Below, in pieces: positions 34,303-47,961 of a stretch of 64,000 bases of DNA. The DNA is taken from positions 21,762,001 through 21,826,000 of the forward strand of contig OZ281496.1 in the NCBI GenBank assembly GCA_965637545.1, written 5' to 3'. The stretch comes from Phallusia mammillata (Eukaryota). Below the pieces are notes generated by a model, which did no database searches, was not told the origin of the DNA, and saw only the letters and a program-made list of their open reading frames with translations. Numbering within the stretch: the first letter of the stretch is position 1; each line of letters begins with the position of its first letter. Position numbers and translations under genes: made by a program.

Positions 34303-35319
34303 CATACTGGTTTTAGGTTTTTCTACAATAGTCTTTTGTTTAGGGTTTAGGGTCAGGCCACAATTTTTGCGTAAGATTATTTAAAAACTATACTGAAACA
34401 TTTAATAAAGGACATTTTGTGGGGAATGCGTTTTTTTTACAGCGCAACTGTTTGTTTGCAGTGTTTTGCTTTTTTGTTTCATTATGAGTTCATGACACAC
34501 TTTCAAGCACAAACGAGCTATACACAGTACTGTACTTTTATTTATATTATCAGGAACCAAAGTCAACTAAACTTTTGTACCATATGTTACAGCTTAAATT
34601 TTACGGCAAAGATTTCGGTTCTGTTCTCGTTAACGCCGTACCAACGTTTAAAGTGCAACCTTATCCAAAGTTTCTTTTGCCCAGTAAATTCTCTTACCAA
34701 CTATTTTTGGTTTTAGAATTTATTTCCCAAATTATTAAAACTACCACTTACTGTTAAATTTCCCCGGAATAGAGATCTTAATTCTATGATTATGAAATAT
34801 TTGTCGTGTATCGCTAAGTATTCTATTGTTATGGGGAAGAATTAGTTTTGTTAGATTCTGTGCAATTGTCAAATTGACAAGTCTGATGCGAAAAGAAGCA
34901 TTTGTTTTGGTCGTGACGCACAAGCTGCTGAAAAAAAGCCGCATGTTTTTCCCCGCGGGTTTTCGCTGACGGAAAGAGTTTCAAGTGACAAGTAAAATAT
35001 GCTGCTTACATGAAAAATTGTTTACCAATCGTGTTTCCAGTTTAAACACGTTGCAAATTTGCTTCAACATTGAACAATACAGTTAAATCCGGATTTGAGG
35101 TAAGTTTGTTGCAAGTGAACATTGTTACCATACAATGTGCGTTCAAATTAAATGACATAAGGTGGTCAAACTTTATGACAAACTTGACTAAAAAAAAAAA
35201 TTTAAGCAAACCGTAAAGTTGATTAAAGTTAAAAGTCCGCAGTAGCAAATGATTTTGGTACAAATTAGAGCAACAAGTTGAACCGATAGATATATATTTA
35301 AAAACAGACGCTTTAGATC

Positions 35320-35651
35320 AGGGGTTACCAAACAACAGCCCGGAGATCATTTCAGCAGGCTCGCTACCACATTTTTAGGCTCGCTAAACCATGTTGATAA
35401 CTTTGTAACATTCAGAGACTAATCTACTCCTTACGCAAGTTTTCCTGCGAAATGTAGAATTTATATTTCCTGGTTTCATAGGATTACTACGCCCTGGATT
35501 GATCCAAATCCAGTTTGTTACGTCACAGACAAGAAGTGTAATTTGTGGGTAAACAATCGCCTCGCGAACAAGTTAGGGCATGTAACTATGCGGCCCGTGC
35601 GATCAATATTAAACTCATCCGGCCCGCAGTGAAAAAGTTTGCTGACCCTAG
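35320..35651. mobile_element. Degenerate hAT MITE
   Basis: CAGGGGTTACCAAAC ... GGCCCGCAGTGAAAAAGTTTGCTGACCCTAG. TSD decayed; boundaries approximate. Confidence 0.6.
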
Positions 35652-36083
35652 CTCTGGAGTCTAGACTGCTGGTAAAGCAATGTCGTCAATTGCTTGTTGA
35701 CATACGCGTTGCAATAAACATATCAAACAGTCGGCAAGAGCGAAAAGGGTTAGGGTGGCGTAAGTGCCTGCTAAGTCGTAAGTGTTTGCTGCCGTAGGCA
35801 CAAAGTCTAAATTGTGTCACACTGCCAGTCGTATGTTGGTATAAATGAACAGGCTTGTGTTAAACTTGGATTCATTTGCCAAGTGCCTCGATTTGACGAA
35901 CGAAAAAACACGTTTCGGTAAGGCTAAAAATTTCATAATCTGTTTGTACAGAAAATAGATGCACTCAAGGTGTTTTAACAATCATCTTCTTTGTTACATT
36001 TTGTGTTTTTATGGTCAAAAATTTTAACTTAAAGATGTTATTTTATGAAATTTTAGAGGTAAACTTTTTATTTGAGCAACAAA

Positions 36084-39000
36084 ATGAATGTCTTGGATTA
36101 CTTTGTTAGCGGTGTAGCAGTGATCATCGCATGTTGTTTGCTTCTGTTTCAATGGTGGTGGCGTAAACCCCATCCTAAGTTTCCGCCAGGACCCAGGGGA
36201 ATTCCATTGTTTGGGGTACTCCCATTTTTGGGGACTTTTCCGGCTCGTACAATTACACAGTGGGCTCAGGAGAAGTACGGTCCAGTACTGTCGGTGAGGT
36301 TTGGAAGCGAGGACGTTGTAATTTTAACCAATTGGAAAGTTTTGAACCAGGTGCGTTACCGATGGTTAACATCTTTAACATCCGACTCATTAGCTATTGC
36401 TTTTCGGCAAATACTATAAAATATTGCACCTATTTGTTTTTCTAAATTGTCATCATGAACGTTTATTTGGATTCCAATTAATAAATAAGTTACAATTGAG
36501 TTTGTCTTGGAAACAGTACAATCCACAAACTGTAAATACAGAAAAACGAGCCAAATATGGGCGTGTATAATCATCAGAGAAGTATATTTTCATACAAACT
36601 AAATCTTGGTCGAAATTAAATAAAAAAAATAAATAGTGCATTTTCTAATTTGTGTTATGGGTTTTTTAGGCCCTGGTAAAGAACAATGCTCGATTTGCTG
36701 GCAGACCATACGTTCCAATTTTCAACGCGGTTACAGGCAACAAAGGCGTGCTTTTCAGAGATTACAGCGAGGATTGGAAAACTCAGAAGCATTTTGGTTT
36801 AAGGGTTTTGCGAGAGTACGCTCAACATTTTTTGTCTCCAGTGGCAATTTATAAATATTATTTCAGAAATTCAGAAAAAATTTTCATAATCTAACTTATA
36901 AATGATAATTGTGTAATGCAGTGGTTCCCAAACTTTTTCATATTTTTTTCAAAACGGTCCCTTTGCCATCATTTCGAGGGCTCGCGGCCCTTAAGCCTAA
37001 ATGTGTATTTCATAAAAACGAAGTTGATTGCAGGATTTTAGCTAGTTATGCAAAATTGCGCATAACAATCATCCAAAGACAGCATATGACATCACAAACA
37101 GGACAAAAACAGTACGTTTGTGCGCGAACAATTGCATTTTTGATAGTTGCCATTCAATAAAGGCCATTGTTTAGCAAAGGAGACGGTCGATTCTCAATTC
37201 TACCTTTATTTAAACTTACTTACAGGCACAAACTGAAGCCAAATAAGATTATAGAATTACTTCAACCGCTTCGCGGTCCCCTCAAAATTGCCTCACGGAC
37301 CCCTAAAAGACCGCGGACCCCAGTTTGGGAACCGCTGGTGTAATGGGATTTTGCTACAATTTTAGGTGTGTTATGCAAGACAACATAACGTTATTTCTGT
37401 ACTGTAATTTTGACACGTGAACAAACAAAAAGGTTAAGGTAATCAATCACCAACTATAACTTTAAATCACATCGTTGAAGGTGGGGACTGGGCAAACAAC
37501 GTATGGAGAATGTTGTAAACACAGAGGGGGATTACTTTCTAGACTACATTAGAAGCACTGTTGGAAAACCAATGGATTTAAAGGTGGGTTTGTGTCCTGC
37601 CGCTAAAATAACTTTCATTATGTATTATGGCGTGAAAATTACATTCCATTTCGTGCGTCATGCAATTTATAAAAATACATTTATTGACTTTTGCAATACA
37701 TGTACACCAAATACATTTTGAAAATAAGTTTACTAAATTGGTAAATTCATATTCCAGCAGGTGTGCCGACCTAAAAAAAGAGTAACAAATTAAATAAAAA
37801 AAATTGATCTTATAAAACAGAAATATCTTTTCAACGTAACCGGGAACATCATCTCTCAAATCACGTGGGGTACTCGTTACGAATATGATGACGTGATTTA
37901 TAATGGAATATTGGAGGATCTAAAACTTTTGTAAGAAAAAAAATCATTGTTTTTTAAACCTCATTGTTAATTGTGTATGAAATTTTTTTGGGGGTTGCAT
38001 TGCAAAGAGAGCAGATACAATTAAAACGTTGCCTCTTTGATTTTTAAAAACGTTGGGCAGCCTTATCGTATTACGATTAAAATACCTTAAAAAACACACG
38101 CACTAAAGATTTAGAGTAAACAAACAAAAAGTAAAGAATGTATAGTTTGTGTACCAAAATGAACTAAATAAGTTAAATAAAAACAAAATTTAAAAATTAC
38201 ATTTGTTGCAGATTCGGAGACATGGAGTATGGTCGAAAGCTGTTTTGGGTATATTATGCACCAGAACTTAGATATTTACCTGGTTTTAAAAGAGCTTATA
38301 ACCACTTCTTAGAACGACAATACAGTTCTGTAGGTAAGCCCGCACAAGATTGGTTTGATTTGATGTTTAGGTTTCATAAGTTTAATTTTAGGCATGTCCA
38401 AGAAGATTATAGCGTATTGGATCGAAATAAATATGGAACAAGCCTGACAAAACTGGTTTGGTTAGATAATATTAAAGTAAAGACGTCGAAAATGATGATC
38501 AAGGCATTGTAGACGGCAAGAGATTATAGTCTAAGTCCAAATTAATTTGTGAAGGAGAATTGTTTTTTGGTAAACAGTCCAAAAGTGTTCATATAAATAA
38601 ACCCGTGTGCAAAATATGTACCTGGTGGGTGGTATTTTATTCAGCCCTTCCATTAACTTTTTCATTTTGCACCTGGCACAGCTCACCAGACAGTCGCATG
38701 GAGAAGGGCTTTGCGTTTGGTGTCTTTCTGCTTGTTTGCAGATATTAACGATGCTGTAAAAGCAAAATATTTTTTTTAATGTACATTTAAAATTTAAGAA
38801 CGACTAAATGTTTTTTTCTGATCTTACGTCCATTGCTATAGGACTCATTAGTTTTCATTCACCAAGGGTGATTCCAGTTTTAGGTTTCAGTTACTAGTAG
38901 AGTCTGTTTTATGTATACAACTTTTATGATATTGTTTTCCCTAATGACACTTGTGACTTCATTCTACATTTGAAGGTGACATACGTTCAATAAATATGTT

Positions 39001-41419
39001 GACGCTTTCAGAGTTCATGAGAGAGCAAATCGCCGAACACCAGAAGAATTTCAATAGAAACGATATTCGAGATTTTATGGATGCTTTTATCTTTGAACAA
39101 AGACATGGAACGGAAATAAACAAAAAATGGTTTACTGTAAGTTCTTATTTAACTGAAGTAGAAATCAGAAATAATACGGACCCGATGTGCCTTAATGTGG
39201 CCGCGGAATGCTACGGTCAATACCCTGGTGGTCAATGCCATCTCACCTGATGTTCAGTACCTTTTCATCTGACAGTCACCAGATGCCCTAATGAAAGCTT
39301 AGGTCGACAAACTGTACACTTTCTGCTACTACTTACCCATTTTAACGACATATTCTGTTCCAACCAAAAAACTACCAAAATACCTTTTTGATTAATTCCC
39401 ATTTGCACCAAATGCTTTTATTTTTTTATTTAAAATGTAAAGATACCTAAAATTTAATATAAGTAATGATACCTTGGTGCAAAAGCTGTAGCGACATTTC
39501 AATCATTTGAACTTATTTATGTAAAAAGTGGACATTTTAAAAACACAATCCAGATCGCAATGTAGCTGTTAAATACTTTGCCCTAGTTTGTAATTCGAAA
39601 AATATAAAATGTGAATTAGTAACATAGTTTTAATGTAATTGTACTTAACGTGACTGTCGTGTTTTTTGTCAAGCCGAATGTGATGTGACATACAACCGAG
39701 CTAATTTTATCTAATTTAGAGCATGATCGCTATCAATTAACAGCAGAATTTAAATAGGCTGCCGTTGCCGTTTGGTTAACTAAACCCACCTATTAGGCTA
39801 GAGCAGGGGTCGGCAACTTTTTTTGTACGGACCATTTTTGAAACTAAAATTTTATCCCGGGCCGGTCTTTAAAATACTACAAATATTCAGCAATGAAAAC
39901 GTCTAAATTAGTTTATTATTCCCGGGATTCATGAGCAAAGTGTATAAAGCATTTAACCTGGAAAATTATACGGCCTGGTAACAACCTTCTCGCGGACCGG
40001 TACCGGGCCGCGGACAAGCGGTTGCCGACCTGCACTGGGCTAGAGAATTGCCTAACCATTCGCAAAACAATATGTCATATTTCCATAAAAAGAAAACTTG
40101 TTCTTATAGGATGAACAGCTTGTAATGTACGCGAAAGATTTGTTTCTGGCTGGAACGGAGACCTCCAGCACCACTCTGGGGTGGGCGTTTCTTTACCTTT
40201 TGCATTATCCGGAGTGTTGGGAACCTATTGAAAAGGAAATTGAAAAGGCCTTTGGTCAGTTTATCAAGAGCTGAGCTTATTTTACAAACTAGCATCAAAA
40301 AACAATTATAACATTCTAAGTGTTGCAAGTTTTACAGAGTTTGGTGTAAGTATACGCTGCAGTGGACATTTAGGGAGTATCGTAGTATAAAAGTATAATT
40401 GACCTCATTAACCGTTTTTTTCTTCAAGGTATTAACGGCGTCCCTACATTGTCCAGACGAGACGAAACGCCATATATCATGGCCTACATACAAGAAACCA
40501 TGCGAGTTAGAACCCTGGTAACTTTAACCGCTCAACATAAAACAACTGACGACGGATATTTAAATGAACATTTTATTCCGAAAAACACGACTGTAAGTGC
40601 AAGAGATTTTTTCCCTTCACCCAAATGTTAGGGGTTGTAGTTTGAAAGAATAAAATGACGGTTTTGCTTTTTCTGTGCCGTTACGTTCATTCTTGGGTTA
40701 AATAAACCTGCAGCCATGGCAAGCGTTTAAGACGGGGTTCGAACCCAGTACTCTGTGAACAAATAACCCCATCAAACCATTCAGCCACGTTTACATAATT
40801 TTTGTTAAAATGTAGCGCAGTTTAGTGGTAAAGTTTCTATCGTGGTATTTAAAATTCTGCTCCAATTTTTCTGCCCTATGATTTGGACTTTTGTGAGATT
40901 TTTTTACTCTTTCACTAATTGCAAAAAAAGATTGAGATGGTAAAACTGGAAGTACAGAACGTAACCTACAACAAAAAACCTATCACTATCTGTTCCAATA
41001 TAAACTTTTTTTCATAATTTTTTCTTATTGCACTTCGTTTCTTTGAAACTAAATACGTTTAAGTATATGCTACCAATTTTCTACAAAGTCATGGCGTTCA
41101 CTTGCAGGTAATTCCATGTTTGTGGGGCGTTCACATGGACCCGGAAATATGGCCAAATCCAGAAAAGTTTGACCCATACAGACATATCGACAACAATGGA
41201 AAGTTTGTTGCATCTGACAAGATTGTCCCATTCTCGATGGGACAAAGATTTTGCCCCGGAGAAGGAGTGGCCAAAGTGGAGATCTACATATTCTTTGTAA
41301 AGATCTTGCAGAAATTCAAGTTTCGGGCTCCGAATAAAAGCATTCCGTCTCTGGATGGCCTACTTACCACTATCCATGTGCCTAGTGAGCTAAATGTAAT
41401 TTTTGAGGAGCGTCACTAA
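36084..41419 (+). CDS. Cytochrome P450, CYP2 clan (copy B, intact)
   Basis: Exons 36084-36350, 36670-36815, 37481-37583, 37821-37930, 38212-38333, 39012-39136, 40110-40254, 40429-40592, 41108-41419. Motifs PPGPRG, WKTQK, LAGTETSSTT, ETMR, FSMGQRFCPG. Confidence 0.94.
36919..37337. mobile_element. hAT MITE in CYP B intron 2
   Basis: TIR CAGTGGTTCCCAAACT / AGTTTGGGAACCGCTG. Perfect TSD GTGTAATG. Confidence 0.9.
39804..40037. mobile_element. hAT MITE in CYP B intron 6
   Basis: CAGGGGTCGGCAAC / GTTGCCGACCTGCACTG. Perfect TSD GGCTAGAG. Confidence 0.88.
40720..40790 (-). mobile_element. tRNA-derived SINE head
   Basis: Minus-strand A box TGGCTGAATGG (40787-40777) and B box GGGTTCGAACCCC (40746-40734). 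No acceptor stem. Confidence 0.6.
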
Positions 41420-41859
41420 CATTTAAGTTAATTACACAATATTAAGAAGCCGGTTGTGTCTTACTGCACATTAAAGCATTTGGACTACGCAACCATTATA
41501 CTGTTTGTCATTTAATTGTTTGTTCCAATTTTAGTTTTCTGTAAAACTTGTAAAATCGAATTTTGAATACACATTACAATTAAAAAACCTGAAAGTGTTT
41601 ATAGTGTTATTGTATATAGAAGGTAGTTTCTCTTGATTTTTAATGTAAGTTTTGGCAAATTGCAACCTTGAAATCCCAAAGCGACCCTTTTGAACTTGAA
41701 TAAACTAAGGTAGTGACATCTAAATTTTACACCGGCCAGTCACACGTGTTCCTAAAGTTATTTGCAGTAAATCTAACTTTTACTAGGAGAATTTTTTTTC
41801 GATTACCACTAAGTTGTGCTAAAGAGTCGATGAAGAGTTAAAAATTAGGCAAATATGAA

Positions 41860-41960
41860 ACTTGGCCGAATGGCCTGGCGCGCCTGACCCATATACAGAC
41901 ATAAAAAGCTTGATCGGCATTCGTCCCCGGGAGTGTCCTGGGTTCGAATCCCGTGAAAAA
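41860..41960 (+). mobile_element. tRNA-derived SINE head
   Basis: A box TGGCCGAATGG at 41863 and B box GGTTCGAATCCC at 41941. Same family as 23011-23230. Confidence 0.75.
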
Positions 41961-43084
41961 AATATCCTGTGTTAATTGGGCAATTAAGTCTGTCGCAATC
42001 CAATTCCGTTTCATCTGTCGCGTTATAAAATTCGTTTAGATTAGATTAAATAGTCGCCAAGACTGCCAAAGGATAAGCATAACCGTCTGTGTTCACAGAG
42101 TTGGGGTTAATTGCAGTCTCGTCTACTGTACTTGTGTTTCCTGAGTAAGTGAATTAAGCGACATTGCTTCAACCTTAGAGGAACCTGATAGGTTAAACTA
42201 TATTCATATCTGCAACTCTCTTGGACGTAACAATTAAATAAATATGACCCAACCGGCAATGCACATGTATACTAAGTTATCCATCTTGCAACATAATTCC
42301 AATTCCAATGAGCGTAACAGGTTGTGAAAGATTTTAATTAAGTAAGGCCCTAATTATTTCCAATAGGCGATACAGATACTCCTTTTCCCAAGAACTGCCT
42401 GGTTCTTCCTTTACCAAGAACTGATTAAATCATCCATCGGCTTTGATCCTTAAAGGCAAGCATTAAACGTCTTTATCGAGAGCACAGCTGTAAATAGTTT
42501 TTAACTGGTGTCCAACTCTAGTTTTGCGTTTAGTAAAAGTACACTTCTAAGATCAACTAGATTCACTTCAGCAACATTAAGTCTTACACTTAATAAGACG
42601 TTAGTTTGCGTAATACCCACTCTCCGCCTCTTCAGCACAACTTAGTGTTAATTAATAAGCCGATGTTTTGAAAAAAATTCTCTACGAATAGACTTAGGTT
42701 TACTACATAAAACTTTAGGAACGCTTTTGACTGATTATTGTGCAATTTCGCTCCTGTAGATTAATCATGTTTACCCGAGTGGTTTCGACTGGTGCATTGG
42801 TTTGAGGATTCATGGTAAAGGTTGCAAGATATTGAGTTGCAAAAAATAATCTGCAAATTGCAGTGAAATACCTGTTAAACACTCCCTTTACGTTATTTAC
42901 ATATTTACAATTTTTATTGAATCAAATTTTGATTTAACAAGTTTTACAACAACAAGCCAAACTTGGCACACACAAGCGTTAGATGGTTGGTTACACAGTT
43001 TAAATGCATGGATGTAGCCTACAACATGTAACATTTCAACTTTTTTTTGTCACAACCGACATCATAACGTTATGAAATGAAATG

Positions 43085-46000
43085 TTAGTGACGCTCCTCA
43101 AAAATTACATTTAGCTCACTAGGTACGTGAATAGTTGTGAGTAGGCCTTCTAGTGAGGGAATCCTATTATTTGAAGCCCGAAACTCAAATTTCTGCAAGA
43201 TCTTTACAAAGAATATATAGATCTCCACTTTGGCCACTCCTTCTCCGGGGCAAAATCTTTGTCCCATCGAAAATGGAACAATCTTGTCAGATGCAACAAA
43301 CTTGCCATTGCTGTCGATATGTCTGTATGGGTCAAACTGTTCGGGGTTTGACCATATCTCCGGGTCCATGTGAACAGCCCACAGACAAGGAATTACCTGC
43401 AAGTAAACGCAACAATTTTTAATACTCCTGAATTTAGCGAATCACGATAGCTGACAAATTTAAAAACATTTTCATTTGAAGAAAACTATATGCAACCTTT
43501 GTGCGAGAATATACATAGGAATACAGGGAAAAATTTCGTTTTGTACCATTTTAATCTGCCTGAGTAAAATACTCTCCAGAAAACGCCAAAACAGATGTAA
43601 AATGTGCTTTATGTAAATTAAATAAACATACACAAATTGTAACGACCGAAAACTATAAGTGTAAAACAGTTAAGACACACTTATAGTTATAATGATGAAA
43701 ACTTTACCACTAATCTGCGCTAGAGAGTAAAGTCAAAGAAAATAATTCAAGTAGCCAAATGATCTGCGTCGCCCGGCAGGTTAAAAATTTAAACTTATAG
43801 GCATTAAAAGACGGGAGCGTTTTGGGATTTGATTCAAAGACTAAACCAAACCAAGTATTATCAAATCATGTATGAAACTCTTTTGCAAATAAAAAAATTT
43901 TTTTTTTGTCATAAAAGCATATTTTGTTTTTTACTGTTTTACTAGGTTGTGTGCACAGTAAATGGCAAAACAATCATTAACATTCAAGGGGAGTAAATAA
44001 AACTGTTTTACTTACAGTTGTGTTTTTCGGAATAAAATGTTCATTCAAATATCCATCTTCCGTTGTTTTATGTTGAGCAGTTAAAGTAACTAGGGTTCTG
44101 ACACGCATGATTTCTTGTATGTAGGCCATGATGTACGGCGTTTCGTCACGTCTGGACAATGAAGGAATGCCGTTAATACCTTGAAGGAAAAAGTAGCGTA
44201 CATGTTTAAACACGCAATATGTTATACAGCGTGGTTGCAATAATGCCTTTTGATTTTTACAACTTTCATGGACACACAAAAATTGATATTTTAGTGCTAA
44301 TAGTGGGGAAAAACTTGCATCAAAGGGCTATAATTTGCATCCAACATATACCTTTTAACATTTTAACTACAGCATTTACACTAATCGCGCGTCCTTTTGC
44401 AATTGTCGACATGCAACATCTCCACGAAAAGATTGTTTTTCAACCCTTCAATGGTAAGTCTAAAGCCAGCACATTTGCACATGCACTCCACTCACCATAT
44501 GCTTTCTCAATTTCTCTCTCAATACGATTACAACACTCTGGATAATGCAGAAGGTAAAGAAACGCCCACGCCAGGGTGGTACTGGAGGTTTCAGTTCCAG
44601 CCAGTAACAAATCCTTTCCATACATTACAAGTTGCTCATCCTGTAACAAGTTTCTCTTTTAAGCATATATGAAGAAATATAACGTTAGGTTGCGATTGCT
44701 ACGAAATTCTCTAGCTTTATTACTTGGCTTGTTTAACCGTGCCGAAACCGGGTAACCGTTTTTAATTAAGATGTATATGGATAAAATACTTATGATCGAC
44801 TATTGTCATCATAATTTTTTTCAAAAACTGAATATGAAAACATTTCAAGATTTAAAAAAAATAGTAATAACTTATGTAAAAGAAAAATATGTCAGTCTTT
44901 TTTTTCAAGATCAGTTAAATAAGTACTTACAGTAAACCATTTTTTGTTCATTTCCGTTCCATGTCTTTGTTCGAAGATGAAGGCGTCCATAAAATCTCGA
45001 ATATCGTTTCTGTTGAAATTCTTCTGGTGTTCGGCAACTCTTTTTTCCATGAATTCTAAAATAAAATCATAAAACGTAAAAAAACAGCTACTAATACAAA
45101 AAGATTAATGTGAAAGGAAAAATTTGAGAAAAAAAGCTCAGACCTTGTTCTTAGTGCAAAAAGAAAGAAATAAAAGTGATACAGCAAATACCAACCAGCA
45201 TGTGCAAATTATGCACACGTTTTCGCTGTTGTTAATTGATGCATGCACGTTTGGGCTTGGTGACCACAATCTAAAGTAATTCTCCTTCACGATTTTATTC
45301 GGTCCCAGGCTATTATCTCCTTCAGTATACATGCCTTAATGCTCAGTTTAAACTTATATATAACTAAACATTAAACAAAATTATTTTTGTCAGACTTGTT
45401 CCCTGTGTAATTCGACACAATACATGCCTCAACTTAAACTTCTAAAACTCAAACATCAAATCAAACCAGTCTTGTGGGGACTTACCTACAGAACTGTATT
45501 GTCGTTCTAAGAAGTGGTTATAAGCTCTTTCAAAACCAGGTAAATATCTAAGTTCTGGTGCGTAATATAACCAGAACAGCTTTCGACCATATTCCATGTC
45601 TCCAAATCTGCAACAAATATAGTTTTTTTAGGTGTCGTTTTCTTTAATGTTTATATTTGTTTCATCCGAAATTCACAAACTGGAGATAGTTAAGTGTTTT
45701 GTATTAGTAAGTTAACACGAAAGTTTGAAATTTCCTTCAGCAAACTGTCTCTGCCATTTTAACAAGGCAAAACATATCACAGCTCGTTACTTTAGCAAAC
45801 TTATACAAACAATGATTTCTTCTTACAAAAGTTTGAGATCCTCCAATATTCCATTGTAAATCACGTCATTGTATTCGTAACGAGCACCCCAGGTAATTTG
45901 AGAGATGACATTGCCGGTTACGTTAAAGAGATATTTCTAGGTAGAACAAAAGTACAAAAAGAAAGATAAATAACATAGGCAATGTCTTCTTAAAAAATAC

Positions 46001-47120
46001 ATCAGTTTACTGTTTTTGTCACATATGCGTTGACACACACACATACGCACGCACGCGCACACACCTTTAAGTCTATTTGTTTTCCAATATTGCTTCTAAT
46101 GCATTCTTGGAAGTAATCCCCCTCGCTGTTTACAATATCCTCTATACGCTTCTTGCCCAAACCCCACCTGAAACAAAATTATAAGTTAGATAGTGAATTA
46201 ACAATTTAAACAACTTTCTCCCTGCTGTAGCGGTTTAACCACTACACAAAGGGCTATTATCTGCTTTAGACTTTAAAACGTTGTGCTTACTCTCGCAAAA
46301 CCTTTAAACCAAAATGCTTCTGAGATTTCCAATCCTCGCTGTAATCTCTGAAAATCACGCCTTTGTTGCCTGAAACTGCGTTGAAAATCGTAACGTAAGG
46401 CCTGCCGGAAAATCGTGCACTGTTCTTTACCAGGGCCTGAAAATAACAAAACATAAAAAAATCACAATGCAGTTTATTTAACCAGAGAAATATAGAAGTC
46501 AAAACGTTGATAAGCAAATCAAAATTGCCAGAGGAGCTAAATTTGGTTTACACTTACGTGGTGCGAACCAAAACCTGTGCAGTTATATCCAGTAAAATTG
46601 ATCCATTAAACTAGCTTTGACAAATACCTTTATTTTTAATTGTGAATATGCTTTTTGTAGTTTGATAAAAAATAACGAAAATTCTGCAGGATTTATAACA
46701 TCAATAGTAAAAAACTTTTAAAAGTTGTCACTGGTGCAAGGGGCCCCCTTAACCGGCCACAAACACAATGATGTAGGTCTTATAGGACGGATGTCATCGT
46801 TAATACATGCGTCGGCCGTTGTTATAAGGCTGGGCATTTAGAAATTGACGCACCTGGTTCAAAACTTCCCAGTTGGTCAAAACTACAACGTCCTCGCTTC
46901 CTAACCTCACCGACATCACAGGACCGTATTTCTCCTGGGCCAACTGATTAATTGTTCGGGCTGGGAAAGTCCCCATAAATGGGAGTACCCCAAACAATGG
47001 AATCCCCCTGGGTCCTGGTGGAAACTTGGGATGAGGTTTACGCCACCATCGTTGAAACAGCAGCAAACAACATGCGATGATCACTGCCACACCGCTAACA
47101 GGGTGATCAAGGACATTCAT
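43085..47120 (-). CDS. Cytochrome P450, CYP2 clan (copy C, intact; inverted paralog of B)
   Basis: Exons 47120-46854, 46436-46291, 46167-46065, 45936-45827, 45607-45486, 45055-44931, 44640-44496, 44179-44016, 43396-43085. Exon lengths identical to copy B. Motifs LAGTETSSTT, EIMR, FSMGQRFCPG. Confidence 0.94.
46033..46064. repeat. Alternating purine-pyrimidine (CA/CACG) microsatellite
   Basis: ACACACACACATACGCACGCACGCGCACACAC at the start of CYP C intron 3. Confidence 0.85.
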
Positions 47121-47961
47121 TTTGTTGCTCCAGGAGAAAGTTTATCACCCAAAGCTCAAACAATACTATACATATGTCGAACTTGTTTACTATAACACAG
47201 AGAAGCGCCTGTACCAAACAAAAATGATTATTTATAATGCCCACATTCCTTCAAAAACACATTATGAAAGCTACAATAAAGACCTTTGCCAGCCTTAAAC
47301 AGCTTTTTACGTTGAATGATGTGAGACACATGTCACAGTAATTTCAACAAGTCTTGACGGCTTCTTGTCGTCTATCTCTAAGGCAAGCTATTGCGGTGGT
47401 AATATCTTGCATCGGCATCTTGTAAAATGCAGCTTTATCCCAACATAATATTGACGCTGTGACTTATTTCGAATTTCTTTTACTTGTTTTGCAAGACTAT
47501 TGCCTGGGGCAGCAAATACACAAGGTATGTAGAAGACTTGCGGCATAGCAGCAACTTGCGCAAACAACCACATTATTACGCTTTTGCCAACTGTTTTGCA
47601 TTGGCCTAACCACTAAAGATATAGACACCGTTTTAATGACAACTTTTAGGATGTAAGTCTTACGCGGAATAGGTCTTACACGGAAAAATGAAAACAAACT
47701 ATTTAGGCAACAATACGTAATTGCTCCAAGTTAGACCGCAATACCGCAGTGACGTAAATCATTGGTTCGGGTTTGCTTGGTTGGTAACGCGTTATTAGTC
47801 GTTCTTGCAGCACTTGCTGTTTGGCCTAAACTCTGGGTTGAGAAGGATAGGTTGTGTAAGAAATTTGCAATGAGTGTGATAGGTTGATAACATACATACC
47901 ACCACTTCAAAACATTGAGAGAAATAAGCTGAAAACTGATGCTTTTAAACAACCAAATGTA

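Noticed and set aside
39230-39310. CTGATG..GAAAG segment as hammerhead or C/D snoRNA
   Set aside because: The CUGAnGA box is incomplete, and there is no stem II or terminal stem.
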